NCBI GenBank assembly: GCA_028338895.1
Contig: JAOLAV010000004.1
Location: 1-55,630 of the forward strand
Direction of reading: 5' to 3'
DNA from: Fidelibacterota bacterium
GTDB lineage: Bacteria > Fidelibacterota > Marinisomatia > Marinisomatales > UBA1611
DNA length: 55,630 nucleotides
The notes below the pieces were generated by a model. That model was not told the DNA's origin, ran no database searches, and was given only the letters and a program-made list of their open reading frames with translations. This document shows positions 8,934-19,592 of the stretch, piece by piece. Position 1 is the stretch's first letter, and every line of letters begins with the position of its first letter. The translations under genes and the position numbers were made by a program.

Positions 8934-11900
8934 ATGAAATATCTTAATTACATGACTGCTGGACTGCTTTTAGCTTCCAGTTTATATGCGAAAGATCTTC
9001 CAGAAAATAATTCTTGGAGCAACTTACGATTTTCTCCAAAACTTGCTGCAGATAACCCAGCATATTCCTTGATTAATATCGGGAATTTTGGGTATTGGCA
9101 AAAATCTGATGCTACATCAGCTCATACTCCAAGTGCTGGAAGTGGTGGTATCTATCCTAGAGGGACTGCTGCTAATGTCTACCTTGATGGTGTTTTAGTC
9201 GGTGGATATACGGATTCAGATAATGATGGTACGGGTGATTTATTACATGTATCGGGATCTATTTATACAAATGGTCTAGTCTCTGGATATATTGATGATG
9301 TAACGGGGAATCTAACTACTGGTGATGATGTAAGGCTATATCGTATCAGAAAAGGATGGGAAACACTTACGTACGATCAAGTGAGAGTTGATGCTGCTGA
9401 AATGAATGAAACAACGGTTTCTGGAGTTTCTGATGCTCAAATTCAAGCTATTTTAGATCAATATGAAGAAGATTGGAATAATTGGCCTACTCACTTAGGT
9501 GCTCCTTTTTATGATTTAGATAACGATGGTCTTTATGAGCCTTTGGGCTATGCTGATGCTGTGACTGGTGAGATGGTATATGAAACACCGGGTATTGCAG
9601 ATGCAGATCAGGTCATCTGGTATGTGGCTACTGACGCAGATGTTGGAGCTACCGCTTCTTTATATGGTACAGATCCAATTGGCTTAGAAATGCAGTTTAC
9701 GCTCTGGGGATATAATCAGCCAGGCGCTGCACTAGGGCAAATAATATTTAAAAATATACGTCTGATTAATAAAGGTTCTAAAAACCTTTCTGATGCATAT
9801 ATTTCATTATGGTGTGATCCAGATATCGGAGATTACACAAATGACTTTGTAGGTGTGGACACTTCTACAAGTATGATGTTTGGATACAATGGTGTTGCCG
9901 ATGACGGTGACTATGCCGCTTTTGGTCTCGCACCAGCTGCTGTTGGTTACGACTTTTTTGCAGGTCCAATTGTTGAAAGTGCTGGTGATACAGCAATTTT
10001 TAATTTGAAAAAGCGACCTGGCTTTAGAAATTTACCAGCTTCTAGTTTTGGCTATTTTGTTGCTGGTGGTGAATATTCTGATCCTAGTCCATATGGTGAT
10101 GTTACCTCCGCTCAAAGATATTATAATTTAATGAGAGGTTTTACTCCTGCTATTGATCTGGAAAATCCAGATCCTTGGACAAACTCTGATGGAACTGTTA
10201 CAAAGTTTCCTTTAGCTGGAGATCCTGTTGCTGGAACTGGTGAACTTGATTCTGGTCCAGCTGATAGACGTATGTTGATTAATGCTGGTCCTTTTGTATT
10301 GGCAGTTGGAGACACACAGGATATAGTTACCGCTGTAATTGGCGGAATAGGTGATACTTATTTAACCTCTGTTACTGATGTCAAAAATACTGATTTAGTA
10401 GCTCAAACATTATTTGATGATCTTTTTTCATCGGTTCCTTCTGCACCACCAGCACCAGTAGTTATTGCTACAGCTTTTGAAGAGCAGGTTCTATTAGACT
10501 GGTCTGGTTCTGTATCTGTGCAAGCAACAGAAAGTTCAGTTGTTTCAGGATATGCATTCCAAGGTTACAATGTTTATCAGCTTCCTAGCGCCACATCAAC
10601 TGTTGGTGATGCCGTACGTATTGGAACTTTTGATTTAAATGATGGTGTTCAGACAATTATGGGTAATGTTTTTATCCCTGAATATGGTCAGTCTGTTGAA
10701 ATTCCGGTTCAATATGGTCTTGACAAAGGTGTGAAAAGACAAATAGTCATTTCAAAAGACTATTTAACAGGTGGCCCACTTTATGTTGGCTCAGAATACT
10801 TTTTTGCAGTAAGTGCTTATAATTATAATGCCGAACCTCCTTTGATTGAGGATAAAGCACTTGAAACAGCTCTTACTCCTATTCCTGTTAAATTAACTCC
10901 TGCTGGTTTCGGAAAAACTTATACATCTGCGGCTGGAGATGGACTTGAGATAACTCATACTGGACCTGGACAAGGTGCAGTTTCTGCTACGGTAACAAAC
11001 CCAGCAGAGCTTACTGGTGATTCATATCGTGTCTCTTTTACTCAAGATACTTCCTATGTTCATTATAATGGTGAAACTATAAGTGGTGACTTGTGGAGTT
11101 TGACTAATACGACAACAAATGAGGTATTAGTACCATTCTTTAAGCAAGCTGCTGACCAAAATGATGTTGATCAACCGATTGCCCAAGGATTGCAAGTTGT
11201 TGTTAGTGGCCCCGCTCCTCAGACAATCATTGAGATTGATGAATATTCATCATGGCCGAGTTCTGAAACTCTTGTAGATGGAACAACGGATTCTCATTTA
11301 TCACCAAGTCTTTCACAGTCAGGGATGATATGGGATAATAGAGCTGGAGCCGTTAATCAGCCATCTTATGCTAGAGATTATGATCGTTTTGATTATTGGG
11401 GTTTTGATGATGTGATTATTGACTTTGGTGATTCTTCTCTTAGTTGGGAGTATTACTCTGGTTGGTTGCATACCGATTCATCGGATGCCTCTAGCCCTAC
11501 ATATGGAGATCCTGTTTATCAGCCATTTGCCATGTATCGCGTGAAGCCATTTGGTGGAGATACACTTAGGTTATTTGCTGGAGTCTGGGATAGTAACAAT
11601 GATGGTCATTGGAGTGTTAATTCAGAAGCTGACCCAGATGCACCGGGAGAACTTATATATGACTGGGTTACACCAACGTTTGGAGTTGAGTCATGGGAAC
11701 CTATTTATGCTGTTCAAGGTTATAATAAAGATGGATCAGAAAGAAGCTATAACCCTGACTCTGTTAACGCTTATATTGCATATGGAAAAGGACAAACCAT
11801 TGATGGTGAATTTTATGATGGTCTAAATCTATCCGCTAACTCAGCATGGGGTGCATCTCCTGGTGAGTTTGCATATCCTTTTGTTACCGCAACGCTTTTT

Positions 11901-12446
11901 GGTTGTTACTATGGACCAAATGAAGCGGGTAGTTATGTAGATGGTTCTGCTGCTGGTGGAGCATCATCCCTTCCGAAAGCTGGTAACTATGATAAAACAG
12001 GTACAATGTTAACTGTTGATCATTATTTTAAGTTTCAAACAGCGAAAGGGAATACCGCAACTGATATTTTTGAGTTTACATCTGTCGCACCAACAGCATC
12101 AGATGATAAGATAAAATCAGATTTAGAGATGATTAATGTATTTCCAAATCCTTATTACGCTGCTAATGAACAAGAAACTAGTAGATTTGATAATTTCGTT
12201 ACCTTTAGCCATCTACCGGATGATGGAACGGATGTTCATATCAAAATATATTCAATTGATGGTGTTCTTGTTAGAAAAATGGAACATAACTCAACGGCGA
12301 GTCAATATGTGAAGTGGGATTTGAGAAATGGAAGCGGACTTCCTGTTGGAAGTGGACCATACGTTGTAAATATTCTTACCGATCATGGCGAGAAGATTCT
12401 AAAGCTTTACATTGTTCAGCGTAATCAAGTCGTCCAGTACTATTAA
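8934..12446 (+). CDS. Large secreted acidic protein with FN3-like domain and T9SS type A-like/FlgD-Ig C-terminal domain
   Basis: Signal peptide; PSAPPAP...LDWS...GYNVY FN3-like segment; DxDNDG motifs; C-terminal INVFPNPYY...IKIYSIDGVLVRK...WDLRN...SGPY...KILKLYIV. Confidence 0.8.
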   Translation: MKYLNYMTAGLLLASSLYAKDLPENNSWSNLRFSPKLAADNPAYSLINIGNFGYWQKSDATSAHTPSAGSGGIYPRGTAANVYLDGVLVGGYTDSDNDGTGDLLHVSGSIYTNGLVSGYIDDVTGNLTTGDDVRLYRIRKGWETLTYDQVRVDAAEMNETTVSGVSDAQIQAILDQYEEDWNNWPTHLGAPFYDLDNDGLYEPLGYADAVTGEMVYETPGIADADQVIWYVATDADVGATASLYGTDPIGLEMQFTLWGYNQPGAALGQIIFKNIRLINKGSKNLSDAYISLWCDPDIGDYTNDFVGVDTSTSMMFGYNGVADDGDYAAFGLAPAAVGYDFFAGPIVESAGDTAIFNLKKRPGFRNLPASSFGYFVAGGEYSDPSPYGDVTSAQRYYNLMRGFTPAIDLENPDPWTNSDGTVTKFPLAGDPVAGTGELDSGPADRRMLINAGPFVLAVGDTQDIVTAVIGGIGDTYLTSVTDVKNTDLVAQTLFDDLFSSVPSAPPAPVVIATAFEEQVLLDWSGSVSVQATESSVVSGYAFQGYNVYQLPSATSTVGDAVRIGTFDLNDGVQTIMGNVFIPEYGQSVEIPVQYGLDKGVKRQIVISKDYLTGGPLYVGSEYFFAVSAYNYNAEPPLIEDKALETALTPIPVKLTPAGFGKTYTSAAGDGLEITHTGPGQGAVSATVTNPAELTGDSYRVSFTQDTSYVHYNGETISGDLWSLTNTTTNEVLVPFFKQAADQNDVDQPIAQGLQVVVSGPAPQTIIEIDEYSSWPSSETLVDGTTDSHLSPSLSQSGMIWDNRAGAVNQPSYARDYDRFDYWGFDDVIIDFGDSSLSWEYYSGWLHTDSSDASSPTYGDPVYQPFAMYRVKPFGGDTLRLFAGVWDSNNDGHWSVNSEADPDAPGELIYDWVTPTFGVESWEPIYAVQGYNKDGSERSYNPDSVNAYIAYGKGQTIDGEFYDGLNLSANSAWGASPGEFAYPFVTATLFGCYYGPNEAGSYVDGSAAGGASSLPKAGNYDKTGTMLTVDHYFKFQTAKGNTATDIFEFTSVAPTASDDKIKSDLEMINVFPNPYYAANEQETSRFDNFVTFSHLPDDGTDVHIKIYSIDGVLVRKMEHNSTASQYVKWDLRNGSGLPVGSGPYVVNILTDHGEKILKLYIVQRNQVVQYY

Positions 12447-12472
12447 ACAAATTCGATAACGGAGATATAAAA

Positions 12473-13486
12473 ATGATTAAAACACTTAAAATAGTTTTAC
12501 CATCGGTATTAGCTCTAGGAGTACTGTTCGGTGGTGATGAGTCTAGGATTGGTACAAGTGGTGGAAACCAAGTACTTGTTCCTGTAGGCGCAAGAGGTAT
12601 AGCTATGGCTGGATCCGAGCGAGTTTTTTCAGGAGGACTTGAGTCTATTTATTGGAACCCTGCTGGACTTGCAAGGAATACAAATACTTCAGCATTAGCA
12701 ACTAGTATGGACATGTTTGGTGATGTTGGTGTTAACTACTTTGGAGTTTCATCTAGTGTTGGACAAACCGGTGCACTTGGTGTAACGGTTAAAACAATTG
12801 ATATGGGTGATATTCCTGTAACAACTGTCCAGGATATGGATGGTGTTGGAGGAGGTACTTACAAACCTACTCTTTCAACATTTGGACTAACATATGCAAA
12901 TGCATTCTCAGATCGTGCTTTTTTTGGAGTTACGGGTAAATTAGTTTATGAGAGTATTCCTCGTGCTAGTGCATCAGCATTAGCTCTTGATATCGGTGTT
13001 CAATATACAGGTTTTGCTAATATTGAGGGGTTAGGACTTGCTCTAGCTTTAATGAATATTGGTACGGATATGAATTATAGTGGAAGTGGTTTAACGACTC
13101 AAGCTACTGGTTCAGATGGTGTTCAAGATTTTTATAATTCTGAAGCATCTCATGATAAATTACCATCAACCTATAATATGTCTTTATCGTATAGTGTATC
13201 AGGTGCCATCCTTGGAATGACATACACAAGTCATAATTTTTCTTATGATGAATTAAATTTTGGTGCAGAGTATACTATAAATGATATGATTTATCTTAGG
13301 GGTGGTCTTACTTCAGCACTGCTTGAAGAGGACTCAGCTAATAAAGATGAAACTTTATTCAGCACAAATTTTGGTGCTGGTTTAAAATATGCTCTTTATG
13401 GTGTTAACATGGTCGTTGATTATACTTATAGAGGTACAGACTCGTTTGATCCTAGTAGCGTTCTTAGTTTGGGATTATTGTTCTAA
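12473..13486 (+). CDS. PorV/PorQ (UPF0164, FadL-like) outer-membrane barrel
   Basis: LVPVGARGIAMAG...SIYWNPAGLA motif; C-terminal SLGLLF. Confidence 0.88.
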   Translation: MIKTLKIVLPSVLALGVLFGGDESRIGTSGGNQVLVPVGARGIAMAGSERVFSGGLESIYWNPAGLARNTNTSALATSMDMFGDVGVNYFGVSSSVGQTGALGVTVKTIDMGDIPVTTVQDMDGVGGGTYKPTLSTFGLTYANAFSDRAFFGVTGKLVYESIPRASASALALDIGVQYTGFANIEGLGLALALMNIGTDMNYSGSGLTTQATGSDGVQDFYNSEASHDKLPSTYNMSLSYSVSGAILGMTYTSHNFSYDELNFGAEYTINDMIYLRGGLTSALLEEDSANKDETLFSTNFGAGLKYALYGVNMVVDYTYRGTDSFDPSSVLSLGLLF

Positions 13487-13503
13487 ATTTTATTGATTAA
13501 AAG

Positions 13504-13536
13504 AAAAAAGGGTAGATTTATCTACCCTTTTTTTTT
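13504..13536. terminator. Bidirectional intrinsic terminator
   Basis: AAAAAAGGGTAGA-TTTA-TCTACCCTTTTTTTTT between convergent genes. Confidence 0.92.
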
Positions 13537-14263
13537 AATTAAAAATACGAGTTAACATATTAAATAATTCAGGATTACTCATATTACGACCTAAATATAT
13601 TTCTTCTTTATCTCGCTGGAGAATCATTTCCCAATGTAAATGTGATCCAGATTTTGAACCTAGTGTACTCTCTCTCATCCCAGTATTGCCGGATTTACCT
13701 ATTATTTGACCCGCTTTAATTTGTTCCCCAGGTTTTATTTTCTTTTTTATATGTGAAAGGTGTGCATATATAGTTATGACTCTAAACCCAGGTATTAAAT
13801 CAAAACCATGATCTAAAAAAACAGCTTTTCCAAGAAGGATACTATTAAAAATATCAGATGGAGTATTTCCAACTTTTGCGCTAGCATCGAGCATAGTCTC
13901 TCTAAAATCAGCAGGAACCTCTTTATAATAAGTATCCGACCTAACGATAATACCATCCGCAACAGCTCTTACAGGAGTACCCCAATTAGCAAAAAAATCT
14001 ATACCACGATGTATTCCATTACGATAGTCTCTTGGTGCGTTGGGTAGTCTCATAGATCTTTTAGGAACCATTACTCCCTCGCAAGGTAAAATTAATTTTA
14101 AGGAGTCTACCCATTCAGGTTTAAAGTCCTCTATAATTTGTGTAATAGATGTATCCTTCTTTGAAATAGTAGAAAGAAGATAAAGTGCAGAGTTTTTTGA
14201 TTGTTCCGAGGTTTGAGAAAATAAAAAATTTCCCATGATGAGAAAAAATAGAGTTTTATTCAT
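13535..14263 (-). CDS. M23 family metallopeptidase
   Basis: HRGIDF, YAHLS, IGKSGNTG, HLHWE. Confidence 0.92.
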   Translation of the reverse strand: MNKTLFFLIMGNFLFSQTSEQSKNSALYLLSTISKKDTSITQIIEDFKPEWVDSLKLILPCEGVMVPKRSMRLPNAPRDYRNGIHRGIDFFANWGTPVRAVADGIIVRSDTYYKEVPADFRETMLDASAKVGNTPSDIFNSILLGKAVFLDHGFDLIPGFRVITIYAHLSHIKKKIKPGEQIKAGQIIGKSGNTGMRESTLGSKSGSHLHWEMILQRDKEEIYLGRNMSNPELFNMLTRIFN

Positions 14264-14686
14264 TTATTTTAGAAGAGAATTTAATCCCTCAAGGCAGGTC
14301 TCTATTGGATTTCCAGTGAAGGACTTTATGTCTTTTCCATTTATAATTGAATTTTTTTCATTTGTTCCAAAAGAAAACGGATTTGAAAAATAAATTATAG
14401 ATGTTTTAAGACTGATAACTTTTAAGGTTTCGTATATATTGTAATTATTTCTTGCCCAAGATGTTGGAATGAGAAGTAATCCTTCAGCCCAACTTCTATT
14501 TCTTTGAAGAAAGTTTAGAGCTTGAAATTCTTTATGTGTTTGTAGAATTTTCAAATTTACGTTTTTAGAACGAAGGTCCAATCTAATAGCTTTATTTAAT
14601 TTAGCTAAAGTTAGTTTCTCTGTATTTTGAGATGATTTTAAGCCTAATAAGTTCATATTAGGACCTTGTAAAATTAAAATATTCAT
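14264..14686 (-). CDS. Type II 3-dehydroquinate dehydratase-like protein, catalytically degenerate
   Basis: ILILQGPNMNLLG start and length match AroQ; REPxxYG and EVHxSN motifs lost. Confidence 0.7.
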   Translation of the reverse strand: MNILILQGPNMNLLGLKSSQNTEKLTLAKLNKAIRLDLRSKNVNLKILQTHKEFQALNFLQRNRSWAEGLLLIPTSWARNNYNIYETLKVISLKTSIIYFSNPFSFGTNEKNSIINGKDIKSFTGNPIETCLEGLNSLLK

Positions 14687-15072
14687 TTTAGTGGAATTAA
14701 GTTCCCTAAAATATAACCAAGTATAATTCCGATCAGAAGTGCTAGAGTGACAATCCTTCCTTTCCCCAATTCTGTTGCATAACCTTTTTTAATTGCTAAA
14801 CCAGAAACAATAGTACCCAATGCATTTAATATCCAAAAAATAGGTATTGAAATAGCTTTTATTATTAGTGGCCCAATTATTGGAATCGTAGCAATTAACG
14901 CACTTAGGCCAACAAATATTTCCGTAAAAATTGTGATAGTAAAAGTAATGAAAATGATTATTTTTTTGTCTACTCCAAAATAAAGAGCAAATCCAATGAA
15001 AAAAGTTGTTAACAACCAGCCAAGATATTTTTTTCTATATTTTTTTAAACGTGAATATTTATGCGAAACCAA
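14683..15072 (-). CDS. Hypothetical membrane protein
   Basis: Several hydrophobic segments, in operon context. Confidence 0.65.
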   Translation of the reverse strand: MVSHKYSRLKKYRKKYLGWLLTTFFIGFALYFGVDKKIIIFITFTITIFTEIFVGLSALIATIPIIGPLIIKAISIPIFWILNALGTIVSGLAIKKGYATELGKGRIVTLALLIGIILGYILGNLIPLK

Positions 15073-15088
15073 TTTTAAACTTTTATTT

Positions 15089-15508
15089 TTAATTAATTTT
15101 ATATTTTAAAATTGTACTACTTGCATAGAAACTGTCTGATTCAGTTTCTGAGGTTATAATCGATAATTCTTTATTTTTAATTGTGAATGAGCCAAATGTT
15201 GTATCCTTATCGACAATAATCGTAATAAAATTATCGTCTGAAGACCAAAAACCATTACCTTCTTTTTTTATGCCATCATTCATCACATTATATTTTATTA
15301 AATTTGAATCTCTAAAGGATAGTGTTTCGAGGTTCTTTTTATCCTTATAAACGATAGTTATTTCCTCTCGTGGTGATTTGGTAATTGTAGTCATTGACTC
15401 AAAATACCAGGTACCAATTAATTGTTGATTATTATCTTGAGCAATTAATGAAAGGAAAGTGATAAAAAAAACAAGATATTTAAATATACTTTTATAGATA
15501 TGCATCAA
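15089..15508 (-). CDS. Lipocalin-like domain exported protein
   Basis: Signal peptide then LIGTWYF motif, G-x-W later. Confidence 0.6.
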   Translation of the reverse strand: MMHIYKSIFKYLVFFITFLSLIAQDNNQQLIGTWYFESMTTITKSPREEITIVYKDKKNLETLSFRDSNLIKYNVMNDGIKKEGNGFWSSDDNFITIIVDKDTTFGSFTIKNKELSIITSETESDSFYASSTILKYKIN

Positions 15509-15532
15509 AACTTTCCTATTTTTTTAAATTTA

Positions 15533-16246
15533 CTAAATCCTTTTATTTTCAACAATTTTTATATCTATGTTAAAAGGAGATACTTTAATTTTCATTAAAA
15601 TTATTTTTTTCTTCTTTTTAGATACCCATATTTCTTTTACCTGGTTATTTTGATCTAAGTAACTACTTAAAAAATCAACTTGTTCAAATAAACTACTTTC
15701 ACGCTCAGGTATGTCTATATCTAAACGATAGTGATCACACATAATAGAATCATTGTTGACAAAAATATTTGTTGAATCAGACCAAATAAAACGCGCTCTT
15801 CCAAGTTCCCCAATGGACTCATAATTAAACCATTTAGTATCAAATGAAGATGTATTTTTTGTTTCGAGTATTGAAATTAATGTGAAAAAGTTATGTACTG
15901 AGTTCTTTAAAAAAAGAGTATCTTTTTTATTATAAATTAAATTATAGGAAGAATCGGTTTGTGCGTCATATACTATATCAAAATCTAATTGATTTATATC
16001 ATAATTATATTTTTCTAAAAAAAAAGTCGAAGAGTCATAATTAGTCAAATAATTATTTTTCGCAGGAAATAATAAGTCTGCTATACCGCGACTTTGTAAT
16101 TCGAATCTTTTCTCACCTGAATTTTTTGTTGTTATCTCTATATTTGCTATGGTATACCCAAGCACTGAAACAGTATAAGATTGGGAGTAAAGAACACTAA
16201 ATAATAAAAGAATATTAATTGATATAAAGCGGTTTATTGTTTCCAT
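15533..16246 (-). CDS. Hypothetical exported protein (DUF3108-like)
   Basis: Likely start METINRFISINILLLFSVLYSQ (signal), overlapping end of upstream glycosyltransferase; Y-x-V-S-V-L-G and EIWVS pattern. Confidence 0.5.
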   Translation of the reverse strand: METINRFISINILLLFSVLYSQSYTVSVLGYTIANIEITTKNSGEKRFELQSRGIADLLFPAKNNYLTNYDSSTFFLEKYNYDINQLDFDIVYDAQTDSSYNLIYNKKDTLFLKNSVHNFFTLISILETKNTSSFDTKWFNYESIGELGRARFIWSDSTNIFVNNDSIMCDHYRLDIDIPERESSLFEQVDFLSSYLDQNNQVKEIWVSKKKKKIILMKIKVSPFNIDIKIVENKRI

Positions 16247-17322
16247 GTAAATTTTTCTTTTAAACCTAAAATAGAAATAAGTGGAATATAAAATGGTTGA
16301 ATTATTGACCAAATTAAAAAAGGAATAAAACTTATATTGGTATTAAACAGTTTTGAACCAAAAAAGAGTACTAGACCATCACAAATTAATTTTAATAAAA
16401 ATAAAGAAATCAAAAACTGATTGGTTAGAAGCGAAATTAAAATATTACAATTAATTAAAAGTGTACTTAATAAAAAAGAAAAAAAGAAAAAGTTTCCTCG
16501 GAAATTTAGTTTTGCATTTGAAGACCATCGTATTCTTTGGTTTATAAAACCTTTTACTGTTTTCATTGGCTCCGTCTCTACGAACGAATTTTTATCAATA
16601 TTTATAATTCCTTTTCTAAATTTAGTTATAGATTGTACAAGGTACATATCATCACCAGAGATTTTTTCTTTAACGGGATTAAAGCCATCAATTATAGTGA
16701 AGTCATTTTTGAAGTAAGCCAAGTTTTGTCCAGATCCAGACCAAAACTGATTCCAACCTCCAGCACCAGCATTCGCTGCCATAATACCTAAAAAATCAAT
16801 CTTCTGGTAATTTTCAAAAAATAAACTCCCTTTAATTTTTGAATATCCAATAGAGATAGAATTATTGTTAATAACGCTATAAGCCATACTCGAAACCCAG
16901 AGATGCCCAACTCTACAATCAGCATCCGTTGATACAATAATATCTCCAACCGCTGAATCAATTCCAATTGTCAATGCATGTTTTTTGGGGGTCATTTCCA
17001 ATGACTTTTCAGTAATACTGATATAATTAATAAAACCATAATCACCTGAAGCTTTATCTAATATTGCTTTTGTTTGATCTGAAGAACGATCATCAATGAA
17101 TATTATTTCTAACTTATTAAGCGGATACTCTTGATTAACTAAATCATGAATTAAATCAGGTAAATTTTTCTCTTCATTCCTTGCTGCAATAACAACAGAG
17201 ACTTTTGGAAGCTCTTTTGATAAAGAAATTTCAGATAAATCATGTCTAAATAATCCTGTAATTATAAATATTATAAATAAAGAATATAGGACAGCGCAGA
17301 TAAGTGTGACTAGATAGAACAA
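16234..17322 (-). CDS. GT2 family membrane glycosyltransferase
   Basis: VSVVIAARNEE, DDRSSD, TDADC, SGDD, QRIRW. Confidence 0.92.
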   Translation of the reverse strand: MFYLVTLICAVLYSLFIIFIITGLFRHDLSEISLSKELPKVSVVIAARNEEKNLPDLIHDLVNQEYPLNKLEIIFIDDRSSDQTKAILDKASGDYGFINYISITEKSLEMTPKKHALTIGIDSAVGDIIVSTDADCRVGHLWVSSMAYSVINNNSISIGYSKIKGSLFFENYQKIDFLGIMAANAGAGGWNQFWSGSGQNLAYFKNDFTIIDGFNPVKEKISGDDMYLVQSITKFRKGIINIDKNSFVETEPMKTVKGFINQRIRWSSNAKLNFRGNFFFFSFLLSTLLINCNILISLLTNQFLISLFLLKLICDGLVLFFGSKLFNTNISFIPFLIWSIIQPFYIPLISILGLKEKFTWKQ

Positions 17323-18693
17323 TTAAATATTTAAAAGTGATCCTGCAATAAAAAAATAGAGTAAAACACCTAGAATATCAATGCTAGTGGTAACAAATGG
17401 CCCAGTTGCAATAGCAGGGTCAATGTCTAACTTTCTGAGTATAAGGGGTGTAAAGGAGCCAACCGCTGTTGCTAGGAGCATAGAACAACAAATACTTAAA
17501 CCAACAACGACACCGAGCAAAGGATCTGTATCTATAAATTTAAAATTTGCAAAAAGACCAAGCAAAAGCCCGTAAAGACTTCCGAGGATTAGACCAACTC
17601 GTATTTCTTTGAATAAAATTTTAAATTCATTCCCAAGTTCAATTCTTCCTGTCGCCATTCCCCTAACAATAATAGTTGATGATTGAGTTCCAATATTACC
17701 ACCCATACCAATAATAACAGGTATAAAAGCTGCTAACGCAATAAAGCTTTCAAGCATGTACTCAAATCGACCAATAATAGAAGCGGCAATAATCCCGCCA
17801 ATCCAACTAGCAAAAAGCCAGGGGAGTCGAGCTTTTGCATTTTCCCAACTTGATTTTAATAATATTTCTCTGTCTTTACCTGCACCAGCCATTTGTAAAA
17901 AATCTTCAGTTGCTTCTTCTCTAATTACATCAACAACATCATCAACCGTAACAATTCCAAGTAGAAAATTATCTGAATCAACGACTGGAACAGCTAAATA
18001 GTTATATTGAGCGACAATTTGTGCAACATCTTCTTGATCTGTTTCTGGCCGAACAGTGTGTACTCTTTTTACCATGATTTCATTCAAAATTTTATCAGAG
18101 GGTGTTGTTGCTAAAGCTCTTAGAGATGCAACACCAACAAGGTTATCATCTTCATTCGTTATATATAAATAAAAAACCATTTCAGCATCTTTTTGATCCT
18201 GCAAAGCTTTAATTGCGTCACCACAAGTTGTATCTTGATATAATGTGAATACATCAGTTGTCATCATTGTTCCAGCTGAGTCTTCTGGGTAACCCATTAT
18301 CTCTTCAATTTCTTCTTTTTCTTCTATTTTTAAGAGGTCAATTACTGATTGAGATTGATTTTCTTTTAATATACCAAGTAGATAACTCTGGTCATTGGCT
18401 GAGGCATCCTGAATTAGGTTTACAATTTTCTCAGGTTTTTCAAGGTTTAATAGACTTGCGACCAAAGTGTCATCTAATTCAATTAAAAACTCCACGGTTT
18501 CATCACTTTTTGGCATAAGGTTGAAAACTTGCAGCTGCTCATCTTCATTAAAATATCTAAAGACAATTGCCAGGTCAGCGGGGTGTGTTTTTTTTATTAA
18601 TTTTATGAGATTTGTTTCTGCATTTCTCCGCAATAAACGGCTGAAGGTATCTTTGATAATTCTAATCTCATGTTTAAAGATCTCTTTTTTCAT
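17323..18693 (-). CDS. mgtE: Magnesium transporter MgtE
   Basis: HPADLA N-domain, CBS pair, GGNIGTQS, DPAIATGPFVTTSIDILG. Confidence 0.97.
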   Translation of the reverse strand: MKKEIFKHEIRIIKDTFSRLLRRNAETNLIKLIKKTHPADLAIVFRYFNEDEQLQVFNLMPKSDETVEFLIELDDTLVASLLNLEKPEKIVNLIQDASANDQSYLLGILKENQSQSVIDLLKIEEKEEIEEIMGYPEDSAGTMMTTDVFTLYQDTTCGDAIKALQDQKDAEMVFYLYITNEDDNLVGVASLRALATTPSDKILNEIMVKRVHTVRPETDQEDVAQIVAQYNYLAVPVVDSDNFLLGIVTVDDVVDVIREEATEDFLQMAGAGKDREILLKSSWENAKARLPWLFASWIGGIIAASIIGRFEYMLESFIALAAFIPVIIGMGGNIGTQSSTIIVRGMATGRIELGNEFKILFKEIRVGLILGSLYGLLLGLFANFKFIDTDPLLGVVVGLSICCSMLLATAVGSFTPLILRKLDIDPAIATGPFVTTSIDILGVLLYFFIAGSLLNI

Positions 18694-19484
18694 TTAGAGG
18701 AACCTTGATTTATACCTTTAAAACCGATAATAATAAATATTAACGCTAGGAACATTATCCATGGAGCGATGTGGCCTTTCCAAATATAAAAACTACTTTC
18801 ACTAATTTTAGTAAAAGAAAATATGAGTGCCATTGAATTATTTATTCCATGCAGAATTAATGAAGGAATAATTGAATTTGTCTTCCAAGCCAAAAAACCT
18901 AGAATAATACCTAAAATGTAAATTTGTGCAAACCAAAATGGATTCATATGAATAAAAGCAAAAATCATCGCTGTGACTAGAACCGATCGAGTAATATCTT
19001 TCCAATGTTTTTCTAAAATTTGTTGAAAAAAACCTCTGAAAAGTAACTCTTCACCTAGAGGGGCTATAATTGAAACAGCTATAAAAAGTAAAATAAATCC
19101 TAACAATGATTCTGGTCGAAGTAACCCATTTAGATCAACTACATATTCAGGAGCTTGGATAAAAACTTGAATTATTTTATCTAATTCATCTGAAAAAATT
19201 ATAATACCAAAAGATAATAAAATAGTGTTGTAAAGTGTTGAGATTGAAACTTTTTTAATTCTTAGCCTATCTAAAATAGGTTGTTTTTTAACCATTAAAA
19301 ACCATATCAGAGGGACAATCATAAAACTTTGGCCAATTATGAAAGAAAGGAATGTATATATTTTTTGAGGACTATCGGGATTGGATAATCCAATACCAAG
19401 GACTACTGCCCCCGCCATAAAAGCTGAAATTATGGATGCAATTACGATGAGAATTGCTGACTGAATAGTAAGGGTTTTATTCAT
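18690..19484 (-). CDS. CPBP (CAAX/Abi) intramembrane metalloprotease
   Basis: EELLFRG, FAFIH, HGINN. Confidence 0.93.
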   Translation of the reverse strand: MNKTLTIQSAILIVIASIISAFMAGAVVLGIGLSNPDSPQKIYTFLSFIIGQSFMIVPLIWFLMVKKQPILDRLRIKKVSISTLYNTILLSFGIIIFSDELDKIIQVFIQAPEYVVDLNGLLRPESLLGFILLFIAVSIIAPLGEELLFRGFFQQILEKHWKDITRSVLVTAMIFAFIHMNPFWFAQIYILGIILGFLAWKTNSIIPSLILHGINNSMALIFSFTKISESSFYIWKGHIAPWIMFLALIFIIIGFKGINQGSSK

Positions 19485-19592
19485 AAAAAAAGTCCTAACA
19501 ATAAATGTACTTTAATTTTTTTTAAATATTTTATACTAAAAAAACCGGTTAGAAATTACCAATTCTGTAAAATAGATGGATTGTTTTTCTTT

